From the human T2T-CHM13v2.0 reference genome, Homo sapiens: a stretch of DNA of 64,000 nucleotides. The position numbers and the translations under genes were made by a program. The stretch lies in the NCBI RefSeq assembly GCF_009914755.1, contig NC_060929.1, one strand, 5' to 3'. Positions 15,713 through 29,966 of the stretch are shown here, piece after piece; position 1 is the stretch's first letter; every line of letters begins with the position of its first letter. The notes beneath the pieces are model-generated. The model had not been told where the DNA came from. It saw only the letters and a list, made by a program, of their open reading frames with translations, and did not search any database.

Positions 15713-15879
15713 TAAACCCAAGAACAGTCAGCGGTTGGTGAGGAACTGGAGCTTGGGAAGTACAGCTGCCAAGTAGGGCAGAAACTCAGAAGATTAACTT
15801 CTGGGGAGGGCAGGAGGCATCAAACACATCACCCAAGGGAGAAGCTTTTCCCCTGGGAAGGGAAAGACTGCAGGATCTT

Positions 15880-16618
15880 TCCCTGTGGTCACACACACAA
15901 AAATGTAGGACATCAAAAACTATCCCAGGCGGAATAAAACAAAAGGTCAACAACAGGACTGGGGGAAATATTTCCCACACATGTGACAGACAAAAAGTTT
16001 ATCTACTTAAGTACACAGACTCTTCAGATGAATAAAACACCCCCAAATCCCAGCAGAATCAAGGGCATGAATAGGCCAAGCAAAAAAATAAAATAATCTC
16101 TGTTTACAAATACACGTATATTTTTAAATGCAGGCTCATTAACATCAAGGAAATAACAACTTACAACAAAAAAACTTATCTCCGTTGTAATTAAATTACC
16201 ACTGCTCAAAAGGACTCAGTGGTGTGAGGAGGTGGGGAGACAGTCATTTGCTCAATGAAGCGGGAATAGATGAAACCATAACAGAGAACATTCCAGTGTA
16301 GAAAGCTTAAAAAATGGGCATATCTGTTGGCCAGAGACTTCGCTTTCAGCAACTCAGCTTAAGGAAATAAGTAAGCACGAGCGATAGATTCAACTCTATG
16401 AACGTGATACAGTTAGTGGCATGTCTGACCTCTAATGGAGAAATAAGTTTTGCTATGTGAATATGTCATATAAATAATAAGTTAGGTAAAAAGTGTGTGA
16501 CAGTCATATGGTGCGATGTTATGCAATCATTAAAACAACGTAGTAGACAATTAACTGCTGGGAGAAGACATTCACATACCTACAGGAATTTATGCTAATT
16601 TTACATAGTAAAAAAAAT
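15880..16618 (+). mobile_element. Old L1M (L1ME-like) ORF2 3' end / 3'UTR fragment
   Basis: A-rich, with degenerate L1 motifs (ggggaaatatttcccacacatgtgacagacaaaaagtttat, tatgcaatcattaaaa). Confidence 0.6.
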
Positions 16619-16966
<348 letters not shown>

Positions 16967-18799
16967 CTATTTCAATAAACCAAAAAACATGCTTTTCTAG
17001 ATGTAAGGAGGAAGATAAGAAAACTGGACCCAGCAGGGGCTGCTGGAGTGGGCAGGTGGGTGGTTGCCTAAACCAAAGAGCCCCTTTCTGTGCCCAGGTG
17101 GCCTCATGAAGTGCTCCATTTCCAAGCCGCTTCCCTTCTGGCAAGTCTGAGATGAAAAGGGCAGCTTCATCTTTCCCATAGAAAAGGGAATATCACGTCT
17201 TGTCTTTAACATAGACAGGAAGCAGCCCCTCCAGTGATTTCCACTGCTCCCGGAGCCACAGGCGGCTCCCCTCCACCTCTGGAAGACTGCGGCGGCCGGC
17301 CTTGCCGGCCCCGACTTCCCCTACCTGTGCCCCCTGCTTGACAGGCCAGGCTGCCTCCATTCTTCCAGCCGGCCCCATTCCTGCCTCAGGGCCTTGGCGC
17401 CGCCTGCCCCCTCCCCCAAACCTGGAACAGGCGATCCCTATCCTACCTCTTCCCACATCCTTCCGTTGTCGTGAGCCTCAGCTCCCGTGATATCTCCAGT
17501 GCACCAGCCCCTGAGCTGTAGAAAGTGGCCTGCCTTCCCCTACCCTTCTTCCTTCTCCATCTCCTAACTATTTTATTTCTTTCATTGCATTTGTCATTAT
17601 TTGAAATGATCCTGTTTGTTTTTCACTTCAGTATCGTCTGTGCCTCCCTTCCCAGAATGCAAGGTAGCAGGGTTACGTCCTGTCATGCTCACAGCTGCAC
17701 CCCTTGCCTGACATATAATAGACGCCCCATAAACACCGGCCCCCGTATGAACGGCAGCCAGGGGCACCAGACAGAGGAGGATGGCTATGCCGAGAATCCA
17801 CCCCATCTCAGCAGCTGAACACAATACACCGCACACCGTGTTTCCTTACTCACACCATGGCGCGGGGTGGGTCGGGAGGGCCCGAGCCTATGTTGCAGCT
17901 GTACCTACTGGGACACATGGCTTCCAAGGTTTCCGTGGCAGGGGAGACAGAGATGGAGGGGACTCCAAGCTCTTACCAGCCTTGGTCCACAGGTGACCCA
18001 GGTCACTTCCTTTCACGCAGGCCACTAGGCAAAACTGGCCATGCAGCTCCACACCAGCTACAAGGGAGACTGGGGAGGGGAGCACAGGGGTGATCGATGA
18101 GGCTGAACTGCCTGTGCCACCCCTGGACCCCATATCCCAGCCCAGGCTCTGCCACAAAGAGATCCCAAAGGGAGCTCTGCAGGCAGAAGTCACCCCAAAT
18201 GATGAGGGAAACTGAGGCAGTGCAGGGCTGCCAGGGTGGAGCTGTGCCTGCACTCAGCCTGCCACCACCTCACCTCCTCCTCAGAGCCTGCATTCCCTGG
18301 GTCCCCACCATCAGGGCCCCCACCAGCTCCTCCTCCCAGGGCTCGACGGCCTTTCCCAGGGCACAGGCTGTGCCACCATTCTCTGCATCCAGTTCAGTGG
18401 GCAGCTCATTGCCCAGGGCTGGCCCCCAGACCCCGGGCTCTGGATGTGCCGTTGCCCAGCCCCACCTGCTCTACAGCTCCAGACAAACACCTCACTGGGA
18501 GCCCAGTCCCAGCCGGCTGCTGCCACGTCTGTCCTTCCATGCTTTTGCTTTCGCTCCAGCCACGGGGAGCCCTGTGACCAGCTGGGACTTACAAGAGGAG
18601 TGTGACAAGCCACTGGCCAGGCCTTAGAGGGCCACTTGGGGTTGTGGTTCGAGGCCCCCATAGCACCCAAGTTCAGAGACAGGGCACGGTAGGCAGATCC
18701 TCTGTGCACAGGCCCAACCCTGCCCTGTTCAGCACAGCAGCTGCCAGCCACACTGCGGCTTCCATCCAGGTGAAAATTAATCCAAACAAAGTACTCTTC

Positions 18800-19540
18800 G
18801 GGGTGGCTACCGTAAAAAAGAAAGAAAAGACAAGAGTTGGTGACAATTTGGAGAGACTAGAATCCCTGTACACTGTTGGTGGGGGGCAAAATGGCACAGC
18901 CACTGTGGGAAACAGCGTGGAAACTCCTCAAAAAATTAAAGAAAGAATTACCCTGTGTCCCGCAATTCTACTTATGGGCATATAGTCAAGAGAACGGAAA
19001 ACAGAGTCTGGAACCCATGTTCACGGCAGCACTATTCACAGTAGCCCATGAGGGGGCCACCGGAGTGCCCATGGATGGCTGGATAAACAAAATGTGGCCG
19101 ATCCACCCACACACGGGATACTGGTCCTCCCTGAAAAGGAAGGACATTCTTACACATGCTGCAATGTGGATGGCCCCGAGGATGTCATGCTAAGTGAAAT
19201 AAGCCAGACACAAAAGGACAATTATTGTTTGATCCACTTATGCGAGGTACCCAGAGTAGTCAAATTCTCAGAAACAGAAAGTGGAGTGGTGGGTGCCAGG
19301 AGTCGGGGGGAGGGGAGGAAAGGGCTGAAACTCAATGGGCACAGTTTCAATTTTACAAGATGAAGAGTTCTGTGGACGGTGGTGGCGATGGTGGCCCAGC
19401 CACGCGAATGTGCTTACGCCACCGAATCGCACGCTTAAAAATGGTGAAGACGGTGACTTATGTTCTGTATATTTCACCGCAATTAAAAGTTTTTAAATTA
19501 AAATTCTCTTGGAACAAATAAGAAGTTAAATTAAAAATTC
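18800..19540 (+). mobile_element. L1MB-type 3' end
   Basis: L1 ORF2 C-terminal and 3'UTR motifs (cacagccactgtgggaaacagc, atgctaagtgaaataagccagacacaaaaggacaa, cttaaaaatggt). Confidence 0.85.
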
Positions 19541-20519
19541 AGTTCTTCAAGGACACCAGCCACACTTCAAGTGCTCCAGAGCCCCGGTGGCTACTGCCCC
19601 AGAAAGGGCGAGACGAGCATCTCCCCAGCACCGCGGGAAGCTCTGTCGCACAGCAGGGCTCTGGAAGGTCACCCTTTCTCAGAAGCTCCCACTTGCTCAA
19701 TGCCCCTCCTCCCCAAGACCACCAAAGGGTCCGACATAGCTTAGATCTGTCCTCAGGACTCTCCGGGCATGCAGAGGCTCTCAGTGAGGACGCAGGGCAT
19801 TCATCGTCAGGGCAACGCCATGCTCCAGGCACGGCCGCGCCTTATCTCCCTCGCCCACGCTGCGCTCTTGCAGTGGGAGCTGGGGCTCAGATCAGAGGCA
19901 GAGACCCCCCGCTGACCCTCCGCCGCCGGTCTCCCACGCCCCGGGACTCTCTGCCACGCCCCGCCGCCTCTGCAGGACACCCCCACTGTGCCCATGACAA
20001 GCACACTGTCAACACGTTTGCTGAATGAATCAGTGCTCACTTCTGTGCAACAGGGGACAACAGACACGGCCCAAATACTTTCTCAACTTCTGAGACTTGT
20101 CTCCTAAAACGGTTTCTCTGTTGTGATAAAACTCATCTCAATTTAAGAATTTTTAAATTTCTCATGCTTTTCTAGAAACGAACCTTCCCATTATTCAAAA
20201 TAGGGGGTACGGCTGGATCACTAGGGTTTGAATAAAGTTGGATGGCAAAAGTGAGAGAACGTTCTAGACATCCTCCAACCAGCTGTTGTGACAGAGAGAC
20301 CCTGGGCACCAGGAGAAAGGTTGATCTGCCTCTGCCAGCCTCATGAAGGACTCACCACGGGCCCCACATTTGGTCAGCGCCCTTGGTGGGCTATCAGAAG
20401 TGACCCCTCCTGGACTGTCACTAAACAGTGCCACTGTCATGATAACAAAACCACATTTTATGTGGAAACTGAAAACGTGTTCACCCTACTGAGAGACTGA
20501 AAAGCACATTCACTGACAT

Positions 20520-20685
20520 TATCTCATGTAATCACATCAACCCCCACGATGAAAACACTGGCCCATTTTACAGATGAGAAAACCAAGGCTCAGAGGACGG
20601 GAGCAGCGTTCCCAACGACGCGCCTGGAAAAGGCGAGGCCTGGAGTCACCATCGGACTGTAATTCCAAGCCCAGTCCTTTCCCCG
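20520..20685 (-). mobile_element. MIR
   Basis: cccattttacagatgagaaaaccaaggctcagag core. Confidence 0.7.
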
Positions 20686-20842
20686 CTGGGTTGGAAGGCG
20701 ACATAATGCTAGGGGAAGAACTCATATTGTGAAGGCAGCCAAGATTTTATACCTGCCAGTCTCACAGACCTAGCATGAGGACTTCCCAAGATAATTTAGC
20801 ATGGCAAGTGCCCAGCATGGGCCCGGCACAGTCACATAGTAG

Positions 20843-21185
<343 letters not shown>

Positions 21186-22549
21186 GTTATTATGATTATT
21201 GCATTAAAGGTACGTTTCAAAAATAAGATGAGGGTAAGTGTGACAACGCTCTCCCAAATAAAACGAATTCTGCCGATGCAGCGGACTTCGGCCCCCTGTA
21301 CGGATAAGGCTGGGCTCCAGAGGGCTAGCTGACTCACCCAAGACCGGTCAAGAGGAAAGTGAGCATGAAGGTGGTGTCTCTGTCCAGTGTTCAGCTCACT
21401 CACATCCCCTCCTGCCCCTGAGGTATCTTTTCACCAGGGCCCTGGGGACTCTGACCCATGTGTCAGCTTGGCTCCTGGAGGGGCTCACCCCTGGTCCGAA
21501 AAGCAGAGCTGGGCAGCAGATCCTGAGCAGACCTGCACACCCTGCTGCCTGCCTCTAGCCCGGCCCCAGAGGACCTCATTCATCCACAGGTGTGGACACG
21601 CAGCACAGGGTTCTAGAACTTCCCACCTGCCCGGCTTCCACACCACCTCCAGCCCTCCCTAAGCCCCGGCTTCCTCCCACAAATACCCCCCTGCCCCTAG
21701 GGCCCCACTGGCAGCATCTCACATTCCAGGCCGTGCCCTGGTCCTCCTTCTCACCCCCTTCTTTTCCCTGCAGGACTCAGCCAAGCCAGTCTGCTCCCCT
21801 GGGAGCCTGCATTTTGAAGACTGGACGCCCCTCATCCCCACAGTGGCTCTGACCACATGAGGCAGAGAGAGGAAAGGTCTGCACAGCCTCCACCCACACA
21901 CGGTTCAGCATCCTGGCACCTCCTGCTTAGGTTGTTGGGGGTATGGAATGAGGGGGAGGTGGTTCTTTAATCTCTTAGTGTTAGGCAGACCATGGGCAGG
22001 TGCCCAGAAGACGAAGGTGGCACATAGACACCCCTTTCAATAGCCCAGACTCACAGGGAGAAAGGAATTCCCTCCCCAATTCCTCCCACTGTGAGCTTTA
22101 AGGAGGGGCCCTGGGTTGGTGTCTGGCCCTCGCTCTAATGCACGTGAATCTCTACTTTAAACAGAAAAGGGGCTTCTGTTTGGAGCGAGAAGAAGGCAGG
22201 GCTATCCAGCTGGGGCTGAATAACGTCACTTTATGTCTTACTATTATATTAGCTTTTCAGGTAAAATAAGGTTGCCTTTTTAAATGATTTTAGTTTTAAA
22301 AGTGGCAAACATCAAGAAAACATATTTTTCAAATGACGGGACATTGAATGACATTGTCATTCAAACGACTGGAGTTTGCACAAACCCGCCTTAGCCTGTG
22401 AAGAGCCTCACCAAGTTACCATCACCCACGATGTGCAGACGAGAGAACTGAGGTCAGGGATGGTCAACTTGTCTCACCTGGGGACCCAGCAAGCCTCCCT
22501 GAGACTGTGTCACTCACCTCCGGCTAACAAGGAAATCGGCAGAGCCTCA

Positions 22550-22864
<315 letters not shown>

Positions 22865-23235
22865 TCAGCGGCAGGGCAAACCCACCCGGACACAAACCTA
22901 CCAGGCGCCAGCTTGGCCATCCTCTCATTTAAAACTCATAGCACCCTGAACCGAGGGTATTATTCCATTTTACAGAGGAAAGCGAGGTGCAGAGGAAGAT
23001 GGCAGAGACTTGCCAAGCTGTCTCAGACACAGCAGGGCCCAGACAGGCACCTCTGTGACTTCCAGGACCGCTCGTTCCCCAGCCCCTGGTGGCAACCCCA
23101 GCCACAGCAGGGGCCACAGTGGCCTCCACACGATGGATCAGACCTGCTGAGACTGTGAGAGACCCAGCCCAGCATCACCGTCTGCCTTATGGAGCCCAGG
23201 GCTGGCATTCAGCCATGGAGAGGTCGGGAACCTCA

Positions 23236-23352
23236 GCCCGCACTGCCTGACGCTGGAGTGGGCAGAGCCACCCTTGCCCGCACTGCCTGACGCTGGAGTG
23301 GGCAGAGCCACCCTTGCCCGCACTGCCTGACGCTGGAGTGGGTAGAGCCACC
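23236..23352. repeat. Tandem repeat, 40-bp unit x ~2.9
   Basis: gcccgcactgcctgacgctggagtgggcagagccaccctt starting at 23236, 23276 and 23316. Confidence 0.95.
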
Positions 23353-24674
23353 TCTTCTCCCCCGAAGGGCTGCCAGGTGCCAAAGGACTGGTGTCCCAGG
23401 TGTCATCGCCAGCTGTTATGACTGGGGAAACCGAGGCCCATCCTGGGCTGTGCATGTTCCCCAGTGTCTCCTTGGGCCCCTCCCAGAACTTTCTGCTAAG
23501 TCCTCCACTGAAGCGAGGCCCCACATCTCTGGGCCAGGTCCCGGGCCCCCTCCCCAGGTGAACGGTACCGCCTCTGGCCTGATTGAATTGTGCAGAGACC
23601 AAGATGAACCCCTCTGTGGCAGCTCCGCTGCAGTCGGCCCTGGGCAGGCACTGACCTCCTGCCCCCAGGGTGTGCCCCTGGCCACTTGGGGCTGCCATCC
23701 TGGGGAGTCTGCCCCGGATATCGTCCCTGCCTTCTGTGCAGTGCTGTCTCTGCTGTGTTCTGTGTCCTGCGGGCCTGGAGACCACCCTGGACCAGGCTTC
23801 AGTTCCCAGCCCTCCACTGCCCGTCTGAAGGCCACAGCAAGGCTGGCCAGGCTGACCTGCAGCATCGATGGCAGCCCCAGACCACACTGCCCACCGCCCC
23901 CCAAGCCCCAGTGTCCTGGAAGCCCCCTTTCCCTTGCACTGGTCTCTGTGTCTAAGCCAGGTCCCAGCCCCAGGGTCTCCATGGCATTCCCCAGGCAGGT
24001 CCTCAGAGACTCCTGGCCCGGGACAGACCCAGGGCTGCAGGTCATCGTGACATCACTGACCCACAGGGCGGTGGCCAGGCCCCGAGGCCCCTGCAGCTGA
24101 GGGAGACCAGCGTCCCTGCTGCACCACCTCTCTACAAAGAGTCTTCCAGAACAACACTTTTCACCCCCAACGCCTCTCTCCTGCTGCCTCTTCCAGGCAG
24201 GGACAGGCACTCCCTCCCTGTGAGGGTGGCCCAGGACAGGCCCTGGAGGCAGAACAAGGCCCCTGCAGGCGGCACGGCCACTCGGACAGTGAGGCAGCCT
24301 GGTACCAGGCCCTCATCCCGGCACACGCTTCCTCACCCAGTGCTGACAGCAGGCCACTCGGTGGACATGGCCATTTCCGTTTTACAGATGGGGAGACCCA
24401 TGGCATCCCAGCATGGCCGACTCTCGGCCAGAAGCTCTCTCCTTGCACCCTGCAGCCTGGCTCAGACAAGACAGACTGAACATGAAGTTTCAGGCACAAA
24501 CCTGCAGCCCGGCTGTGGGCAAGACCAAGACAGACAGTGGAGGTGCGAGGCGGAGGGTGAGGGCTGGGAAAGAGAAGAGGAGTAAGTGGGGCCAGGGCTG
24601 AGCAGCTGCTGGGGTTCCAGTACCTTCGGGGGTCCTTGTGCCACCCCCAGCTCCACAGTTCTGTGTCCCCTCGG

Positions 24675-24782
24675 CGCACACACACATGCACACACACACA
24701 CATGCACACACATGTACACACACACAAGCACACACATGCACACACATGTACACACACAGGCACACACACATGCATGTACACA
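24675..24782. repeat. Imperfect (CA)n microsatellite with CATG interruptions
   Basis: cacacatgcacacacacacacatgcac... Confidence 0.95.
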
Positions 24783-25982
24783 GCAAGGACTTTCCAGGGC
24801 CACTCCAGGGACAGGGGTGGGGCCGGCAGGCCTGCGGGCAGGGCTGTGGGGAGCCGAGCAGTCCACTTAGCTGCCTGGATGACTCAGGGCCATCCATGCC
24901 GTTCCCAGAGGAAGCGCCAGCAACTCAAGCCTGACAGGGGGGTTGAGGAATCGCCACTCTATTTTTGTACATTTATTTCTTTGCATTTCCAACGAACAGA
25001 GACAGCTCACCTTCAGAATCACCTTGGGAAGGAGAGTGATGGCAATTTCCATAGGAAAACTCTTCCTCCCTGGGGAACAGGCCGGGCGTTACCCTCTGCC
25101 CTTGTCAAACTAGGGGTCACACACGGGCGGTGCCCTCGGCAAAACCAGACCACAGAGGCACTCGTTGAGGTCACGTGGTGCCATCTGGTTGATAGTATTT
25201 GAAAACTGGGAGATTTCATGTTTTAAAAATCTAGAACATCCAGCTTCTCTTGAGGAATTAAGAGATGGGGCCACCCCAGGGGTAGCCCTGGTCTGTGAAT
25301 TGAGGGGCCACACCTGGAGACAAAACACACAGGGCTTGGCTCACCAGGCCACCTGCCTGCCACTGTCAATGTCATTCTGGCACCAGAAGGTATCACAGTA
25401 TGTCCTCCTGGCCCTAACCCCAGAGTCCCCATGCAGGGACCCCTCCAGACATTCCCCGTAGGAGGGCATGGGTGCCGCATCGGGACAGAGCTGGGCTGGG
25501 GCACGTCTTGAGGCTGCTTCTGCCGAGCAGGCAGAGTTTTTAACTAAACTGTGTGTTGCAAGCCCATTAAAAACAGCAAAGGTTTCTAAAGATTTAGAAT
25601 CTGAATTTCACCTGAAATGGAATTATTATTGTTGCCATCATTATTTTAATCGTGATAATTTTGGGGTGAAATTTGGAAATTATGTTCTAGAGCATCCCTC
25701 CACCCAGGACCAGTGCCTAGAGAGACGGCCCAAGGCCCAAAGGCAAAGTGGGTGAGGAGAGGAAGACAGGGGCCTGGGCCACCTGGCAGGTGACAGCCAC
25801 GCCCTGCGTCTGGCCCCTGGAAGCCTCAGTGGTGCTCAGGCTGGACAGGACAAGGGGAGAAGCCCTAAGAGCAGGGGGATCTGCAATGCCCTCAGACCTG
25901 GGGCAACAGGAGCTCTGGCCCAGCCCCCCTCCTGTCCTCCTCTGTCCCAACAAGACCCGGCAGTCAGGCTGAAGCCCCAGCT

Positions 25983-26073
25983 TGTCAATCACGAGTGCCA
26001 CCTCAGTTTTCCCCACAATAAGATTGACCCTGACCCTGTCAATCACGAGTGCCACCTCAGTTTTTCCCACATT
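25983..26073. repeat. Near-tandem duplication, period 54
   Basis: tgtcaatcacgagtgccacctcagtttt(c/t)cccaca at 25983 and 26037. Confidence 0.9.
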
Positions 26074-27342
26074 GGGCTTAACCCAGGCCATGAAGAGACT
26101 CTGACCACATGCTGGCCCTTGCAGACCTGTTCCCCAAATAGAGCCTTGCTATAGGGAGCTCTGGCCAGTGGGCCTGGCGTGGTCCTGAGTCGTCTTCCTA
26201 GTGATCCCTTTGAAGTCAACCTTGGCCTTGGGCCTGCCCACCTGCACTGGTTGCCTACCTGGTCTAACAGCCCCTGTTCCACTTGGTCCCTCCAAGGCAG
26301 AAGAGGGCTATTTGCTGCTCTCCCCTCCTCCCCTGGGAGCTCCCTGTGTAGCCCAGCCCTGCTGAGCTGTGGTGACTGGGAGCTCACACAGCCTCTGCTG
26401 TATCCCTCGGCACTCACCCCGCCTGGATGAGTGATCAGCGCACCCATCTCCTGCAGAGGCAGGAGGATGACACTGCCCTTGGCCTTCCTTTCCTCTGTGT
26501 GCAGCCTTCCCCACAAGAAGGCACTGGGCCCCCTGGGGGTGCTGATTGACCAAGCCCCAGAAGTCATACCCAGGTGGGCTGCAGCTACCCTGAAGGGAGG
26601 TGTCTGTGGCAGGATCCCATCTTTTAAATAGGTAACACAGAGCTTTCGAGTTCCTGGCATTCCCTGTGCTCAGGGCCCCTTTTGGATGGCAGCTGGAGAT
26701 CTCTTTGCTCACATCGTGGCCAAATAATGACACTGTGGGAAGCACTCCAGAGCCATCCTGTTTTAGAGTCTCTAGAATGGAACAAAAAGACTCTATCGAA
26801 GAGTCAATCAATAAACAGGGAGAGGATGGAATGAGGGGAGGCAGCAGTTCTGTCCAGGGAATTCCATCAGGGGAACGGGTGGGTCACAGTAGCCACGGGC
26901 TCATCCACAGTGCCACAGTGCACAGGGCACGTGGGCAAGGGCTGCAACTGCCAGCATCCTAGGCACACCCCGAGTCTCCAGGCAGGGGTGTGTGCACAGC
27001 CCTTCACAGTGGCAGCTCCATACCCCCAGCAGCCATCCAATCCCCTCGCCAAGGTGGAGGCGTGTCACCATCAGCATATCGTCCTATTTCAGCATCAGGG
27101 AAACAAACCAAGGAGCAGGAAAATTACATGACTCGGACAAGCCACACCACCAGAGAGGAGGAGTGGGCACGCGCCCAGGCCTCTGAGTCCAACGTTGTCC
27201 ACATGCCCGGAGCCCTTCTGTACTTCACCAGCACTGAGGGGTGATTTGCGGGAATGAGAATTGTAGAAACAAGTATGATTAGACTAGAGAAGAGAAAACC
27301 TGGGACTGAGTCTGCAACCTCGGGAGCATCGTGGGATGGTGC

Positions 27343-27985
27343 GGGCTCTGAGGGTGGGTACAGTGGGCAGGTGTGGGATCTGTGGGCAGGTGCAGTGGGC
27401 AGGCACGGGCTCTGTGGGCAGGTGTGGGCTCTGAAGGCAGGTGCAGTGAGCAGGCGTGGGCCCTGAAGGCAGGTGCAGTGAGCAGGTGTGGGCCCTGAGG
27501 GTGGGTTCAGTGGGCACGTGTGGGCCCTGAGGGCGGGTGCAGTGGGCAGGCATGGGCTCTGTGGGCAGGTGTGGGCTCTGAAGGCAGGTGCAGTGGGCAG
27601 GCGTGGGCCCTGAGGGTGGGTTCAGTGGGCACGTGTGGGCCCTGAGGGCGGGTGCAGTGGGCAGGCACGGGCTTTGTGGGCAGGTGTGGGCTCCGAAGGC
27701 AGGTGCAGTGAGCAGGCGTGGGTCCTGAGGGCAGGTGCAGTGGGCAGGCGTGGGCCCTGAGGGTGGGTTCAGTGGGCAGGTGTGGGCCCTGAGGGCGGGT
27801 GCAGTGGGCAGGTGTGGGCCCTGAGGGCGGGTGCAGTGGGCAGGTGTGGGCCCTGAGGGCGGGTGCAGTGGGCAGGTGTGGGCCCTGAGGGCGGGTGCAG
27901 TGGGCAGGTGTGGGCCTGAGGGCGGGTGCAGTGGGCAGGTGTGGGCTGAGGGCAAGTGCAGTGGGCAGGTGTGGGCTCTGAGGTC
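27343..27985. repeat. GC-rich minisatellite, 32-bp unit with 19- and 13-bp subunits, about 20 units
   Basis: Consensus gggccctgagggcgggtgcagtgggcaggtgt. Confidence 0.97.
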
Positions 27986-29212
27986 AGGCAGGGGCTTTGC
28001 AGTGCTAAGGGTGGCTGGGTGTTCGCTGTCCCCTGTGCGAAGCTCAGTCCTATGCCTTTTCTGGGCTGGCCTCTTCACCTGCGATGCCCTTTTTGCTGCT
28101 GCCGCTGTGCTGGCCAAATTTAGGCCCCCTGAAAGACCCAGAAGGAAGGGAGCCCGCTGCCTCCCATGGGACTCAGAGCTCTTGAAAGACAGGAGCATGT
28201 TCTGCCCCCATCTGCCTCCTGCACAGCCACACTGCGTGCCACTAGGGGACGACAGGGACAGGGGCCGGGGCAGGGATGCTTAAAACCTGAGGACCACACT
28301 GTTCAGTGACACGGCCGACTGCTGTCCCCTCTCCATGGGATGGCCGCCCCCTCATTGCTCTCTTCCTTCAGGTGTCTGCTGAAATGTCAGCTCCTAAGGG
28401 AGAACTTTCCTTATTTCATCCCAAATTGAAATCAGCCCTCCCCTGATTTCTCCCGACAGCACCCCGTGCTCTTCCTTCCTGTGACACTCCACTGCAGGCA
28501 GGTCTTGTCTCATTTGTGAATTTGCCTGGGCATTAACTGACTTTCCCTCTCAGATAGAGAACCCTGGGGGATGGAGACCATGGGGTCTGGTGTGCCTCAG
28601 TGTCCCCAGTGCCCCACAGGTAACCGCAGGGCTGTGAGGGGCCTGGAGCCATGGCAGAGAGGTGCTCTGGGAACAGAGGGCCCAGCAGAGGCGAGCTGGG
28701 GGCCTCTGGGGAGTTGGGAACTGGGATAGAAGGAGAGGCAGGTGCAGCAGGGCCGGAGGGGCCACACTGGGGGTGGGGAGCCGAGAACAGGAGCAAAAGT
28801 GTGGTGGCAGTTGGAGAAGCATGAGATGGAACAAAATCCAGCTACAAATTACTTGCATATGGCATAACCAAGTCCAAATGACCAGGAGGAGTTAAAACAA
28901 GTGGGGCAAAGAAACGTACCATGTAATTGCCAACCAAGGCATTTAAGGAGATAAACTGATAAAACAAACAACTCATGGAAAAAAATACAAAAGATACGAA
29001 ACTTTATGCTCCTAAAGCTTCAACCTGGTGCAAGGAAGGAGAGACAAGGCCACAGTGATAGGAGCACTGTAATACATTTATTCCAGACAAGTCTGATACA
29101 GCATTAGGTAGGGATAGAAACTATTTGAATTAATAGGAAAACCTAACGTTCAAACCCAACAGCCAGAACACGTGACCTTGTCAAGCACACACGGGAGAAG
29201 TTCCACATTTTA

Positions 29213-29473
29213 CCACATTAGGACACAACTCAAAAACTCAAAAGCCGTGCCCACAGTCACCATTACTGAGACACATTAGGACACAACTCAAAAGCCGTGC
29301 CCACAGTCACCATTACTGAGACACATTAGGACACAACTCAAAAATCGTGCTCACAGTCACCATTACTGAGACACATTAGGACACAACTCAAAAATCGTGC
29401 CCACAGTCACCATTACTGAGACACATTAGGACACAACTCAAAAGCCGTGCCCACAATCACCATTACTGAGACA
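29213..29473. repeat. Minisatellite, 50-bp unit x5
   Basis: acacattaggacacaactcaaaagccgtgcccacagtcaccattactgag at ~29213 (8 nt longer), 29271, 29321, 29371 and 29421. Confidence 0.97.
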
Positions 29474-29966
29474 AAATCAGAGATAACAATAAAACCCTAA
29501 ACCCTAAACATCTGAAATTAAAAGCACCATTCTAATAGGCCTAGACTAAATAGAAAATATACATTCCACTCATGGCTCAAGTAGAAAACCTGAAGAAACC
29601 AATAACCTCAGAAGAAATTGAAAGAGCAGTCAAAGAAATGCTTCCATAGAAGAGTTTAACCAAATCCACAAGGAACAGATACTCCTCATCTCACATAAAA
29701 TAATGCAAAGATCAAGACTTCTTGAACATAGGAATAACCCGCAAGAAAGCAGAGTGGAAAAAAGAGCTTATCAGCTATAACAGCAAAACTCCCAAGTATC
29801 TAAGAACAAACAAAAACTAATGAATGTTCAACGACTACACAAAAAGTAGTATAATATAGTCTAAGGTCTCCAAAAACACAAAAGAAGACCTCAGTAAATG
29901 AAGCTACATGGACATAATCCTGGACTGGAAGTTGGTCCTCCTCCAAATGAATCAAGAAATTTGGCA

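Noticed and set aside
19800-19985. CpG island / internal promoter
   Set aside because: The CpG-rich patch is under 200 bp with no other promoter evidence
23138-24210. Overlapping 216-264-aa ORFs on both strands
   Set aside because: Low-complexity Gly/Pro/Ala/Ser composition from high GC content, with no homology I recognise
27284-28198. 304-aa ORF with repetitive PAHCT/LRAHTC peptides
   Set aside because: It is a translation of the 32-bp minisatellite, with no exon or promoter support
29213-29473. CRISPR-like regular array
   Set aside because: Units are contiguous tandem copies with no unique spacers, no cas genes are present, and the context is eukaryotic
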